Below are positions 1 through 10,961 of a DNA stretch of 61,558 nt, piece by piece. The translations under genes and the position numbers were made by a program. The number at the start of each line of letters is the position of its first letter. Position 1 is the first letter of the stretch. Location: positions 558,001-619,558 of the forward strand of contig QPGO01000031.1 of NCBI GenBank assembly GCA_008632985.1. The letters are read 5' to 3'. The notes under the pieces were generated by a model. The model worked only from the letters and a program-made list of their open reading frames with translations, was not told the origin of the DNA and ran no database searches. This DNA is from Psammoneis japonica (lineage: Eukaryota).

Positions 1-1
1 G

Positions 2-805
2 TCTGGTTTCTCCGTCTCGCTCTCGGACGCTGGAGACATTCTTGCCGTGGGAGCGCAGGGCGATGATACGGAAAATGGCGATGTTTCTGGATCCGCTCGC
101 TTGTTTCAATATGACCACCATACATCCTCCTGGGTGCAGCTTGGGCAGAAACTAATTGGACAAGCCGCCGGAGATCTCTTTGGCATTTCCGTTTCCTTGA
201 ATGCGCAGGGGACCATTGTTGGCGTTGGAGCAGATGATAATGATTCGGGTGGAGTCGATGCAGGGCAGGTTTCGGTGTATTAATACAATTCTTCTTCCTC
301 AACATGGGATCCATTGGGTGATCCAATCAATGGACGAGTTGCTGAAGGTTGGTTTGGGTATTCTGTTTCTCTTGATGACAGCGGTTTGATCTTGGCCGTG
401 GGTGCGTATGGAGTTGACGAGAGGGTTCTTGTCTATTCGTACGACCGTGCGACGTCTAAATGGAATCAACGTGGGCAAACTCTACTCACGCAACAGCCAA
501 GCAATGATTTTGGTTTATCGGTGTCGTTGAGTGGAAATGGAAACGTCTTGGCGGTTGGAAGTGATTCGCATGACGACAATGGAATGATCGACATGGGCCA
601 AGTTCGAATCTTTCAATACGACACCACGACATCCAAATGGAATCAAGTCGGAGATCCCTTGAACGGTGAGTCTGAAGATGATGAATTTGGACGGTCCGTG
701 TCCTTGTCGTCAGACGGGAGGGTCGTTGGAGTTGGTGTACCTGGGGCCTACGTCAATGGCTCGGATTCCGGATCCGCGTATGCATTCACATTAAATAACA
801 ATTAG
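2..805 (+). pseudogene. 3' part of an FG-GAP/integrin-alpha-type beta-propeller repeat protein with an in-frame stop (5' end outside window)
   Basis: Repeated FGxSVSLSxDGxxLAVGA / GQVRIFQY / W.Q.G..L.G units. ORFs 47..283 and 314..805 share a frame and are separated by one TAA (281-283), at the position where the sister repeat has Gln. Confidence 0.7.
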
Positions 806-1997
806 AAATGCATTATGTTTTTCATCCTTTTGTATCAAGCATGCTACATTTGTAGCGTATTCTTCGTTGTAAATAGTGTTGCAGGAACAACAACACGGGA
901 TGATTGGAGCTGTGTTGTTGTTGACGACGAGTGCCCATCGTGGTTGGAATGATCTGCCCATCTTTTTTTTTCTATCCTGTCTCTATCACTCTTCTGTTCT
1001 TCTGTTGAATCTTTTTCTTTTCTATCGGCGCACCTAGACCATATGTGACAAACACAAGAGGTCTATATATGCTACATGTAAGAAATACCGTAATGCTACA
1101 CTTGTTCTGGCACAGATAGTCGTTGCTTTTCCAGGTCGACCTTAATATGCTTATTTTGAGCTTCAGGTGAGTTTGTATGGTCGGGTACACCGAACAAATG
1201 CCGGTTAGTGAAATATCCAGCAAGTCTGATGAACGCGACAATCCACGCCTCTAGAGGCACGAAATCACGCAGAAATGTGATCCAGAGTAGTTGATAGGTG
1301 ACCGCGGTGTGCTTGATGCAGTACCTAGCTATAGATCCCTTTGTGTGATATTGTGCTGCTTGTACCTACGGCAAAGGCTCTTGTGATTCGAATCATCAAG
1401 AAGCTTCCAAGGTCTCTATCAAATTACGCATCCTTGCATTCCATCTAAGAAATGAGATAATCAAAAGGGTCTTTCTGGTCGCGTTGTTACAGCTGTCTTG
1501 ACGCATAATCAATTTCAAGAAGACGTGGAGACCAGTCAGTCTTGCTTTTGGGTGGGTTGTTGGCAACAGCAAGAAGAACAACATACCTCTGGTCATGATT
1601 CATTCGGCGACTCATCATCACAGGTGGCGCTCCATTGTAGTCTACAAAAAAGCGTTTAGGAAGGATGAAAGGTTTGGCAGGGATTCTATCTCGAAATCGC
1701 CGCTTATGGGTAATCAAGCTGACATTTATTTAGAGCAGAGTAAGGAGGCCGCAGTACCTTTTGGGATAGTATGTCCTCAACTGTTTGATATTCTTAAGGT
1801 TCCGCCGTCATTTAACCGATACGGAAGACTTTGATTTGTCTCTCTATTGGATGACACAAAATTGACACTCCTGGTCGTCGTTTTTTTGTTTCTTTGGAAA
1901 GCAAAACACATCATGCGAATCGTTATCCTCCGTCGTGGGAGGCTTGATCAGTGGAGCTGGCGCCACAAGGAGATCCTTTCCATTTTGACGCATAAAC

Positions 1998-3011
1998 TCA
2001 GCATCGTGTAACAAGTCCGGAGTTACCAAATGACATGGAATCCTCCTTCATCAACACATCACATGTGTTTGACTCATCTTCGTTGTCGTCAAGAAACGAC
2101 ATGAAGAGATCTGACGTGTCTTCGGTTTGGACCGTGGGCTCAGCGCTTGCGCTGCTTTGTTTCCAAGCAGGCAAATAGGGAAGAAGAGGCTTGGGTTCCA
2201 GCATCAGACTATCAGAAATACTTTGACAGTAACTATCATATGTCACTTCAGACATTTCATCGGAAGCATCAACAGCCGCAATCTCTTGAAGGTAGGGACC
2301 ATACACACCATGGCGTTGCTCATTGTCCTGTTCTTCCCATCCTTGTCTCGCAATAAGTTCCTCGACTCGTTCTTGCAACGAGTCAAGCTCTTTGATATTC
2401 TGATCTATTCTGTCGTTATCCTTGGGAAGCTCTTGGAGCGCGGCTCGGTACTCTTGGAACTTGTTCTCGGCTTGCACCAATGCAGCCTCCGTGTGTTGAC
2501 TGTGCAACTCGTAATCGTCGTCCTTGGCAGTAACCATTTCCTGGTTTCGTTTCTCTAAGGCTTCAAGCTTTTGCATAAAGTTCTGAAACCACTGCTGTTC
2601 TTCTGTCATGGATCGAGCCATAACCACGTCGCCGTATTTTCCTGTTCTGGTAGAGGTATGTTTGCCTACTTCACGCGGTGATGCGGAATTTTCTCTCGGC
2701 TGTCCATATGACGAAGTTTGAAAACGCGGTTACAACAGAATTTAGTGCGCGATGATAAAAATATATAAAGCAATCGTTATTCGACGCGTCAGAGCTCTCA
2801 CAAGAGCCTTACATACCATGCATTCGTCAACACTTCTTCTTCTGGCCGTTTCTTCACGAGCATCATCTAGTGTTGCCATTTTTGCCGTTTGATCTTCCCA
2901 ACCTTGATCAAATTCTGACGCTGACTCTACATTTGACTCGTCTTGGTAAAGATCGTTTAGATTTGCTTCTCGTGCACCAATGTGCCGCTGCGTTTCTACA
3001 GCCATCATCAT
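1998..3011 (-). CDS. Hypothetical acidic coiled-coil protein, at least 2 exons (3011-2817, 2699-1998); 3' end uncertain
   Basis: A GTATGT...GACAG intron (2816-2700) joins ORFs 2742..3020 and 1998..2627 in frame. Heptad-like E/Q/K-rich segment. Confidence 0.55.
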
Positions 3012-4043
3012 GGTCCACAATCCCGGATTGTGATGACGGTTGCGGGAGTGTTCGTCGTTCGCGAAAATGATAGTGCTGTCGTACAGAATGCGTAGATTTG
3101 AACGTACAATTCTTGGATGCTTACGTTAGGGCAGTACAAAATCCTACGTGGCTAGTTGGCGAGTCCAAGTCCCGCCTCGAGTGTCGGACCACGACTTGAG
3201 CAGAACATTCCCACCAAACTCGCAAGAAAACAACCTAGACTTCATCCTTGACCATTATCACTTCAGTTCCGGCCCGTCAAGAATGACTTAAAACAACATA
3301 GATGCAGATGATGCAACATGAAAGGTCTTGCACTTTCGCCAGGAGAAAGCTTCGAGAAACGGCATCCAAAAACCGCGACCAGGAAGATCCAGAACTAGAG
3401 TCAATTTGAACGAATGCATGGGCTTTTCTGGACTACTTCTTTTGAAATAGAACAAATGTAATCACTGCATGCATAACGAAAGTCATTGTAGTTTAGTGCT
3501 GCAATAGTTACAGCACTATCTCATGGCTGCGTCTTTCTCGATCCGAAACCAGAATAAACGGAAGAGATGAGTCGTATTTCAGTCCCTCGCATCCGGGTTG
3601 CGGTATTTTTGGTTTACTATTGTTTTTGAGTGCAACCAAACTTTGAAATTCATCATGATTCATCTTCAATCTTTGATAAATTAAATGTAAAATAACAACA
3701 ACAAGCGTTGAATAAATAAAAACTAATAGTTGTTATGTTCAATCACGTTTGAGAAGATCATTGGCCGATGTTCCAACGGCATTGTGAACATGCCGAAAAA
3801 GCTTGCCAACGGCGACACTCAGTTTTGAGGTGTGCTGTTGACAGGTGCAACGAAAGCAAAGAGTCCCCCCCTTCTCTTTCTTTGTTTACCGCTCAACTTA
3901 TAGATCTTATTGCTTTGTGTTGTTTGACAGCTGCAATCAAAGCAAAAGAGAGGCGGCTCGTTTTGCCTACCTACGTTTCCTTCGCGTCCGCGTCCACAAA
4001 TCGATCTGTTTACGTGCTACTGTATGTATTTATCGGAAGAATA

Positions 4044-4883
4044 ATGGCAGACGACAATGACGAAAAAGTGTGCAAAATCTACGACAGCGATGATTTCTTT
4101 ACCGTTTTTGTTCAGCTGCTCTTGGCCGGTTTAGCACTCGCATCCCTCTATCTAAAACGCCTGAGAGAAGTACCACGGCGTACCTTTTGGACGTGGTTTC
4201 TCGACATTTCCAAACAAGCCTTTGGCGCTTGCTATGCCCATGTACTCAACATGGTGATTGCCGCAATTATTGTAGACAATATCCGGGGCGAAACGACTCT
4301 GGCGGATCAGTGTGCGTGGTACGGCATGTCGTACCTTATAGACACAACGCTCGGACTGGTGTTGGCGGTCCTGTTTCTGAAATTACTCGATAAAGTGGCA
4401 CACGAAAACGATTGGGTGTCGCTGAGGCATTCGGGTGTTTATGTCGGACGAGACGGACTGACACACTGGGTCCATCAGGTTTTGGCGTGGCTCGTTATTC
4501 TCACTATCGTCAAGGCAATCATTTACGTATTCATGTGGGCAATGTCGGAACCATTGGCAGTCATGGGCAGCATTTTATTTGCGCCGCTTCAATTCAATAT
4601 TCGTTTCGAGTTGGTATTTGTGATGATTCTCTTTCCAGGTTTGCTGAATATAATTTACTTTTGGATAGCCGATCATTATTTGAAGGCAAAGAGTGAACAT
4701 AAAGGGGCTCACGAACCGGAAGAGGGAGAAGGGGAAGTAGAGGATAGTGAGGAAGATCCTGACGGGATTGCAACACCATATGTTGCAATGCCATGGACGA
4801 GGCTGGAGCCGGCTCATCACCACCTGCATCATCCTGATACACAACAAATGAACTCAAGGGAACCATGGCATAAAACTAATTAA
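4044..4883 (+). CDS. STIMATE/TMEM110 (YPL162C-like) multi-pass membrane protein
   Basis: Motifs LYLKRLREVPRRTFWTWFLDISKQ, QCAWY..SYLIDTTLG, ELVFVMILFP..LNIIYFWIAD. ATG at 4044 within ORF 3768..4883. Confidence 0.85.
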   Translation: MADDNDEKVCKIYDSDDFFTVFVQLLLAGLALASLYLKRLREVPRRTFWTWFLDISKQAFGACYAHVLNMVIAAIIVDNIRGETTLADQCAWYGMSYLIDTTLGLVLAVLFLKLLDKVAHENDWVSLRHSGVYVGRDGLTHWVHQVLAWLVILTIVKAIIYVFMWAMSEPLAVMGSILFAPLQFNIRFELVFVMILFPGLLNIIYFWIADHYLKAKSEHKGAHEPEEGEGEVEDSEEDPDGIATPYVAMPWTRLEPAHHHLHHPDTQQMNSREPWHKTN

Positions 4884-5754
4884 CGAACGGATCTTGTTCC
4901 GCATCGACATGCAACTGCGGTACTATTTGTTCGATACGAGGATTTCTATTAGAACTGATCCTCTCTACATAACATACTCTTTTTAAAGCCAATGATTGAC
5001 AGCCGTCACATCATCAGAACAAAATTTGAAACTAGATTTCATACGGTAAACCGAAACGACGGAACGAGGAAGTTCAATGCTTCGACTTCCTAGAGTACTG
5101 GAGCAATCTACAGACAGTATGGCGTAGCAGACGAGAAGCGTAGGTACATAATCCCCTCCAAAGCTGCAAGTACAACCTTGCACTAGCGTCGACTGCATTG
5201 AATCTTACCGGTACCTATCATACATAGCCCTAGACTATGTAGGTGTAACAAGCAGCTACTAGCTACTAGTAGCTAGAGTACAAGCTGAATGTGTCCGTGG
5301 TGTCAATGTATGCATGCTTCATGCAACAGGCCAAGAGTTTTCGCGCGGTCTGTTCGCGCAGAGTGGAGCGTTGACATCTTCCTATACGTTATTGTATTTC
5401 ATTCAATGATGATCGCCAAAATCCATCTTCAACGGATATTATTGATTTTATTATTTAATTCTGAATACTCCTAGATCTTAAATATATATATAAGCCGAAT
5501 AAATGTATGCTCTAAACAAACTTTAGAAAAAGCTCTCATTTTTCCATACAAATCAGTGGATGGAAGGTGGCAAAGAACGCGGGAAGGCTCCCAACGCAAG
5601 CTCGTCGAGCTCAATGCACACTCAACACGATAACAACAACGTTAGCCATTCCCAAAGTCAGTGAGGGTCGCTTGACTGCCTTGTCTTATCTTGATATTGA
5701 CATTAAGACCGTTAGGACATCAAGAAGCATTTCTGTTCCAGGAAAATAGTTACA

Positions 5755-6536
5755 ATGGGCGCAAGTTCAACAATGTCACATTATACAACAACGCTAGCGG
5801 ACGCGTTGTGTGGGGGTTCATCACGAAAATTGATAGCGGGTTGGTGGTATGTGTGCAAGTCGAGGGAGGAAGCGCAATGACAAGAAGTGTTGATGTACGC
5901 CGTTCTCATCTTTCTTTTTTAATTTCTCATCTCGTTCTTTAGGTACTCTATTTTAGCACTGACTGCCATTTTGATTCTCATGTCAATTCCCGTCATGTCA
6001 ACACGGACCGCAGGCGAAGGCTTTGCATCGGTGTGGTCGGCCATTATGCTGTTTCTTCTTAGTATTGGAGGTACCATGATTATGAGGAAATTCCACAATA
6101 GCATGGCGGTCGGTTTCTTTATGGGTGGAGTCGTTGCCATGTCACAGCTCTTTTTTATGCTGTTTTTGCTGTAAGTCGGTGTGAAAATATGCTCTGAGAA
6201 AGCGTCATGCCTTGGAATTTTCTCACCCGATCGCACATGTCGCATTGTTGGTGTAATCAAAAAACAACTTCATATCATACGTACAGCTACATTGGATACG
6301 GCAAAGATCAAAAGCTAAAGAAGGAATCACCAAAAGAGGAATCACTCATGGCCTTTTTGTGTCTTGTTCAATCACTTTTGCTCGGGTCCTTTGCGGCTAT
6401 TTTGGGTGCTCATCGATCAGAAATATTGGATAAGCCATCTTCGGGTGTGCATGGGGTGCACAGTCAAGACTATAGCGACGCGAGTGGGACACAATTGGAT
6501 GGAGCCTCTGAATACGATCCACCGACCACTTCATAG
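5755..6536 (+). CDS. Small ~4-TM membrane protein, 3 exons (5755-5846, 5943-6170, 6287-6536)
   Basis: Canonical GTATGT..TTAG and GTAAGT..ACAG introns splice in frame to MGASSTMSHY...WWYSILALTAIL...FMLFLLYIGYG...PPTTS. Several hydrophobic segments. Confidence 0.75.
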
Positions 6537-7964
6537 AACCATGATCTTGTATGGCTCGTTGCACACCAACTTTATGTCTCTGTAATGCACTGTCTAGCAA
6601 ATTGTGAACTCTACTCGTTTTTACATTTGGAAATTGTCCACTAGTTGAATGGTGGCGCAGTGTCTTGGCCGCAACGTTCAATTGCGTGGATGTAGAGAAT
6701 GAATTAAACCCAGGACCCACTCTAGCTAGTCAGAGTCAGTCCGCGACGGAAATGAATCAAAACTATGTTTGCAAACGTGTTCTTTTCATGATGAGAAGCA
6801 CCCACAGTCTTGGTCCCCCGTCGCGGATCATATCGTGGCGCATCGGGATTTGTGACAGCGCACTACACGAACAGCACTATAGCTGCGACTGCGAATATGT
6901 TAGAGTTTAGAGAACAAGTTAGAGGTCACCAGTAAAAAAGGTTAGCTTCTTCCAGGGAAAATCGATCCAGAACTATCTTTCCAATACAAACACCTCTCTC
7001 ACGAGCTAGAGCAAGACTGACATGTACTCTCTACTCTAGCTCTACTCTAGAGAGTGGTACCGGTAGAGAGCATCATAACAGCGATCGATGATACCCTATC
7101 CAAGTACCGGCATGTAGTCCTACAGCTGACAGACTGTCGTGCTTCGGGTTTTCATGCGCGCCAAAGACGCAATTTCCGGGTTCTCTACCAAAGTCACAAG
7201 TTTCACGTAGAAACACGTAGAAAATGTACGGGGAATTCAAGCGGAACGGTTTTCTCGCTGACAACGAACACAAAAGCATTCCTGCGCGACAATACCGCCA
7301 CGACATCAGTCGATTTCTTTCAAAGCACCGTCTTTGAGGCCTCCCCAAACGTTTTATCCTGTAATTTATTATCTTAACGACTCTGTCGATTGTCGTTGTA
7401 AAGAGGTAAGGAGCCCTAACCTCGCTTTCGCGTCCATTGTTCTGCGACGCCATGTGGTTGTTGTTTTCCCACGTTCTCGATCGCGACCGTTAAATGGGTG
7501 TCGACCTTGTGTAGAAATCTACGTGAAATCAGTACTACAGACCGTAGAGTGATAATTCTCAATTTGTACCAACGTGGCTATGTGATAGTCTCGTATGTAC
7601 ATTCTACAGAGAATGCAGTACAGTCGTGACATCGCGGTGAAAGCACGTGTCTTTGTTTCATCCGTGTCTTCCTGTGCGTGCCACCATGGTACAGTATCCG
7701 GTTGTCTAACGAAGAGCTGCAAATCCATTGCTTTCTGCGTAGGCTTCTCTTTCAATCGTTGTGGGAATCCAGTGATTGATAGTGGACAATTTGTCTGAAT
7801 CGATGAATCCCTAAAAGAAAAAGGCGACCCAACATCTCATATCAGAATTGCATGATTCGTCATATTCTCTCTTCATAAACAAACAACAACTGAATCTTCT
7901 TGTACTGAACTTGAGGCACTCAAACTCACTCTGAATACGAAAAAAAATATACTCAATAAAGACA

Positions 7965-10112
7965 ATGGAGACAGCGAGAATGCCTGCTCCAATAGGACCG
8001 GCAGAAGGCTTCGAGCACCTCCCAGACGTCGCCGATGCTTGCGTGGTGGATGCTTATGCGACTCGTGTGCTCAAAGTGAAAAGCCCATCAGAAGCGTGTA
8101 TTGATGAAAGTCTGGGCCCCTATGTCACGTCCCTCTTGCGTAGTGCTCTAGAGAATTCGCCGGGAGGAGATGTTGCGACGATTCCAGAATATGAATCCTT
8201 GATGGAGCTTTTGGAAGAACACTGCAGTATCAGTCCCGAATCTGCTCGGAGTGCCATACAATCGATTGCCACCGCTGTAAAAACTGGAGTTATTGAGTCG
8301 CTTGAAGAATTTCCAACACGCAGCAATAGCATTAGAGACTCGCACTTGGGTTCCTTTGCAAAAGATAGCCCATGGAGCACAAGCCTCGGCGAGGGCAAGG
8401 ATATCGAGCCTCTCAACCTCTTGAGCGATACTTGGAACGAAACGAGTTTGCCGTCAAATGAGTTAGTCCCACAGGACCAGCCAGCCATGTCATCTCAGAC
8501 AGAAACATATGAAGTTATGCCACAGTCCAGAGCTGCAATTCGTAGCATTGATGCGGACGAAACTCCAGCTACCGACGAGAGATCAGCTTCTTCAGCAACT
8601 ACTACTGGCGGCACTCCGTTGAAACCCGATCGCCTGATCCCTGTTGACCTCATGGGCGTGCTTGACGATCCCTCTACTCCAAAGAGTATGAAGGACCGAA
8701 ACAAAATCGACGCGTTTGAGGTTGACCCACCACCTGCGGTTCCTGCTCCTGTTGCTCCGGCTCCGACTACAAAGAAAGGGCCTGCTACAAAGAGCAAGAA
8801 AACGTCAAAGAAGGAAGCAGAAGATCTTGCGGCGTCCTTGTTTCGCCCTTCTCGTGTTCGACAAAATAGCATTGACAGCGAAGCAAAGTCGCCGAAGCTT
8901 TTAGCCAAACCTGGCAACTACGCAGGGATTCAGAGCGCGACCCTTGGGCCGTCGCCAGCGCCGTACTACGCGTCTAATGGAGAGAATCACTTGTATCAGC
9001 AGCAATTAGACTCGGTTGTTGAGATTTTGCTTTCTATGAATCCGGATCTCGGAGAAGAAGCTGCGGCAGAAGCAGCAATGGTGTCCGATATGGATGTCAA
9101 CGTGGCACAATACGTTGTTGATGGCGCCATGTCCGCGCCTCCTGTCTGCAGGCATTTGCTCAAGGACGGATGCTATCGAAGCGATTGTCAGTTCAGTCAT
9201 GATATTGAGGGCCATACGTGCCTCTTTTGGTTGCGAGGGCGTTGCGGCAAAGTTTACAGCTGCCGCTTTCTTCACGGATATAGTGAAAAGCTTCTCGATG
9301 GCATCAAGTCTGACTTGCGTCCCGGTAGTCATGCTAGCTCAACGGAAAGCCCGGCACTGAACGGCAGTGCCCTGAGTAAAAGTGATCCGCTTCCAGTACA
9401 GACGACCAACTTGGTGGAACACAATGTCAACATGTCATACTCTGCGCCACAGCACAGCGGAAATCCCTTTGTGACCGCCTCAAATGGCTTTGAAAGTTCG
9501 GCATTTACCTTTCCTCCTCCAACCAATCCACAGCAGCTACAGGCGACATGGGGGCTTTCGCCATTGGATACGACAATGAAGTCTATGAATCTTTCGGAGA
9601 AGGAGAGTACCGGTTCTGCCATTTCTTTTGCGAGTATTGCTTCCAAAGGTTACAACCAGGCATCTTTTCCAGCTCAATCCGGTGGCATTGGGAACGCTCT
9701 TGCTGCTTCGTCGAACAAGGACGCGTCAAAGAACCAGTTCGTAAAGATCCCCCAGGACTTGTGGAATCCGCACGAAAATCGGAGCTCGGAAGTATTTCAC
9801 ATTTCCGATCCGCTGGAACGATATGAGCAAGTATCTTCGTGGGTATCAAGAAGCGATGTCATTGATTTACACTTTCAGTCGACAAAGACTTTTCAGCATG
9901 TCTTGTCTTCTGTATTACCCGACAAACTCCACGAACTTGGCCAGGTATGGGTAGTCACTGGCACGGGTCATCACGTTGGGACGAAAACGCATCAAAAGGG
10001 GGGAGGTGCGCTTGAAAGTGCTGTCGCGTCGTGGTTGGACTTGCAAGGCTACAACTTTTGTTGGGGCCGAGACAGAAACGGGCACGGAGGTGCACTCTTG
10101 GTAAAGATATAG
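7965..10112 (+). CDS. Tandem CCCH zinc-finger + C-terminal Smr-domain protein
   Basis: CRHLLKDGCYRSDCQFSH and CLFWLRGRCGKVYSCRFLH fingers. Smr motifs IDLHFQ and VVTGTGHH, with a terminal GGALLV. Single 715-aa ORF. Confidence 0.85.
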   Translation: METARMPAPIGPAEGFEHLPDVADACVVDAYATRVLKVKSPSEACIDESLGPYVTSLLRSALENSPGGDVATIPEYESLMELLEEHCSISPESARSAIQSIATAVKTGVIESLEEFPTRSNSIRDSHLGSFAKDSPWSTSLGEGKDIEPLNLLSDTWNETSLPSNELVPQDQPAMSSQTETYEVMPQSRAAIRSIDADETPATDERSASSATTTGGTPLKPDRLIPVDLMGVLDDPSTPKSMKDRNKIDAFEVDPPPAVPAPVAPAPTTKKGPATKSKKTSKKEAEDLAASLFRPSRVRQNSIDSEAKSPKLLAKPGNYAGIQSATLGPSPAPYYASNGENHLYQQQLDSVVEILLSMNPDLGEEAAAEAAMVSDMDVNVAQYVVDGAMSAPPVCRHLLKDGCYRSDCQFSHDIEGHTCLFWLRGRCGKVYSCRFLHGYSEKLLDGIKSDLRPGSHASSTESPALNGSALSKSDPLPVQTTNLVEHNVNMSYSAPQHSGNPFVTASNGFESSAFTFPPPTNPQQLQATWGLSPLDTTMKSMNLSEKESTGSAISFASIASKGYNQASFPAQSGGIGNALAASSNKDASKNQFVKIPQDLWNPHENRSSEVFHISDPLERYEQVSSWVSRSDVIDLHFQSTKTFQHVLSSVLPDKLHELGQVWVVTGTGHHVGTKTHQKGGGALESAVASWLDLQGYNFCWGRDRNGHGGALLVKI

Positions 10113-10961
10113 CTAATATGGTATCCAAGTCCAAAACTGCTACGTACTAGGCAGAATCTCGTACCATCAAGTAGCGTTGCATCACTTGATACCCTGCACC
10201 TCACTTTGAACAACACCTTCCCCGTACTTGCGCTTCTTCCGATATCTGTCTACGCTTTCTGGTATCAAATTGCAATAACCCGCATCCCACTCTGCCCAAA
10301 CCAAAGTTTTCAAAGACAGCTGGCACCCTTGATGAGGTTGATGTCGAACCGTCTCGCATTGGCACTTCGGGTTTTGAAATCAAAATGGATGACATCGTTG
10401 AGGCAAATCAATATCGAATATTAAGATATACGAAATAATGATTAGTGTGCTTGAGGGAATAAATGCTTTTATTTTATTCGTATTAAAGCCTGAATTTAGA
10501 AGATGAATTTCTGCAGTTCTTCATTGTGTTGATTGTCTATGAATCTTAGCAGGACAGCCAATTTTTGACATTTATTCAACACAAATTACTTGAATATATA
10601 TTATTTTATCACTATCAATTTTGATGTTCAATACTTATTCGTGCCCTTATTTTCCCTTATCTAATTTTTGTTCCTATTCGATTTCGCGCGCTCGTTTTCA
10701 CGAGTTTTGCAAGAGTCAACTTTTTCTGCATCATCGTGCGTCTTTTTTGCACCGACGCCGTCATTTCCTTGTGCAACGCCGTTGTTGTTTTTCAACTCGA
10801 AGAAGTATAGAATCGGGCCTAGAGACCCCTTTCTGATTCTTGTGCTAAACGTGTTTGTTGGACAAGTCAGACAATCCGATTACAGAAGCTTGCTGTTTCA
10901 ATAGATACGTTTTCTGAGAATCCTTTTTTTCAGCTCAGTAATTCAAACCAAGTGATTCAGA

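Noticed and set aside
3768..4043. N-terminal extension of the TMEM110-like ORF
   Set aside because: Family similarity starts at ATG 4044. The upstream part reads like promoter/UTR.
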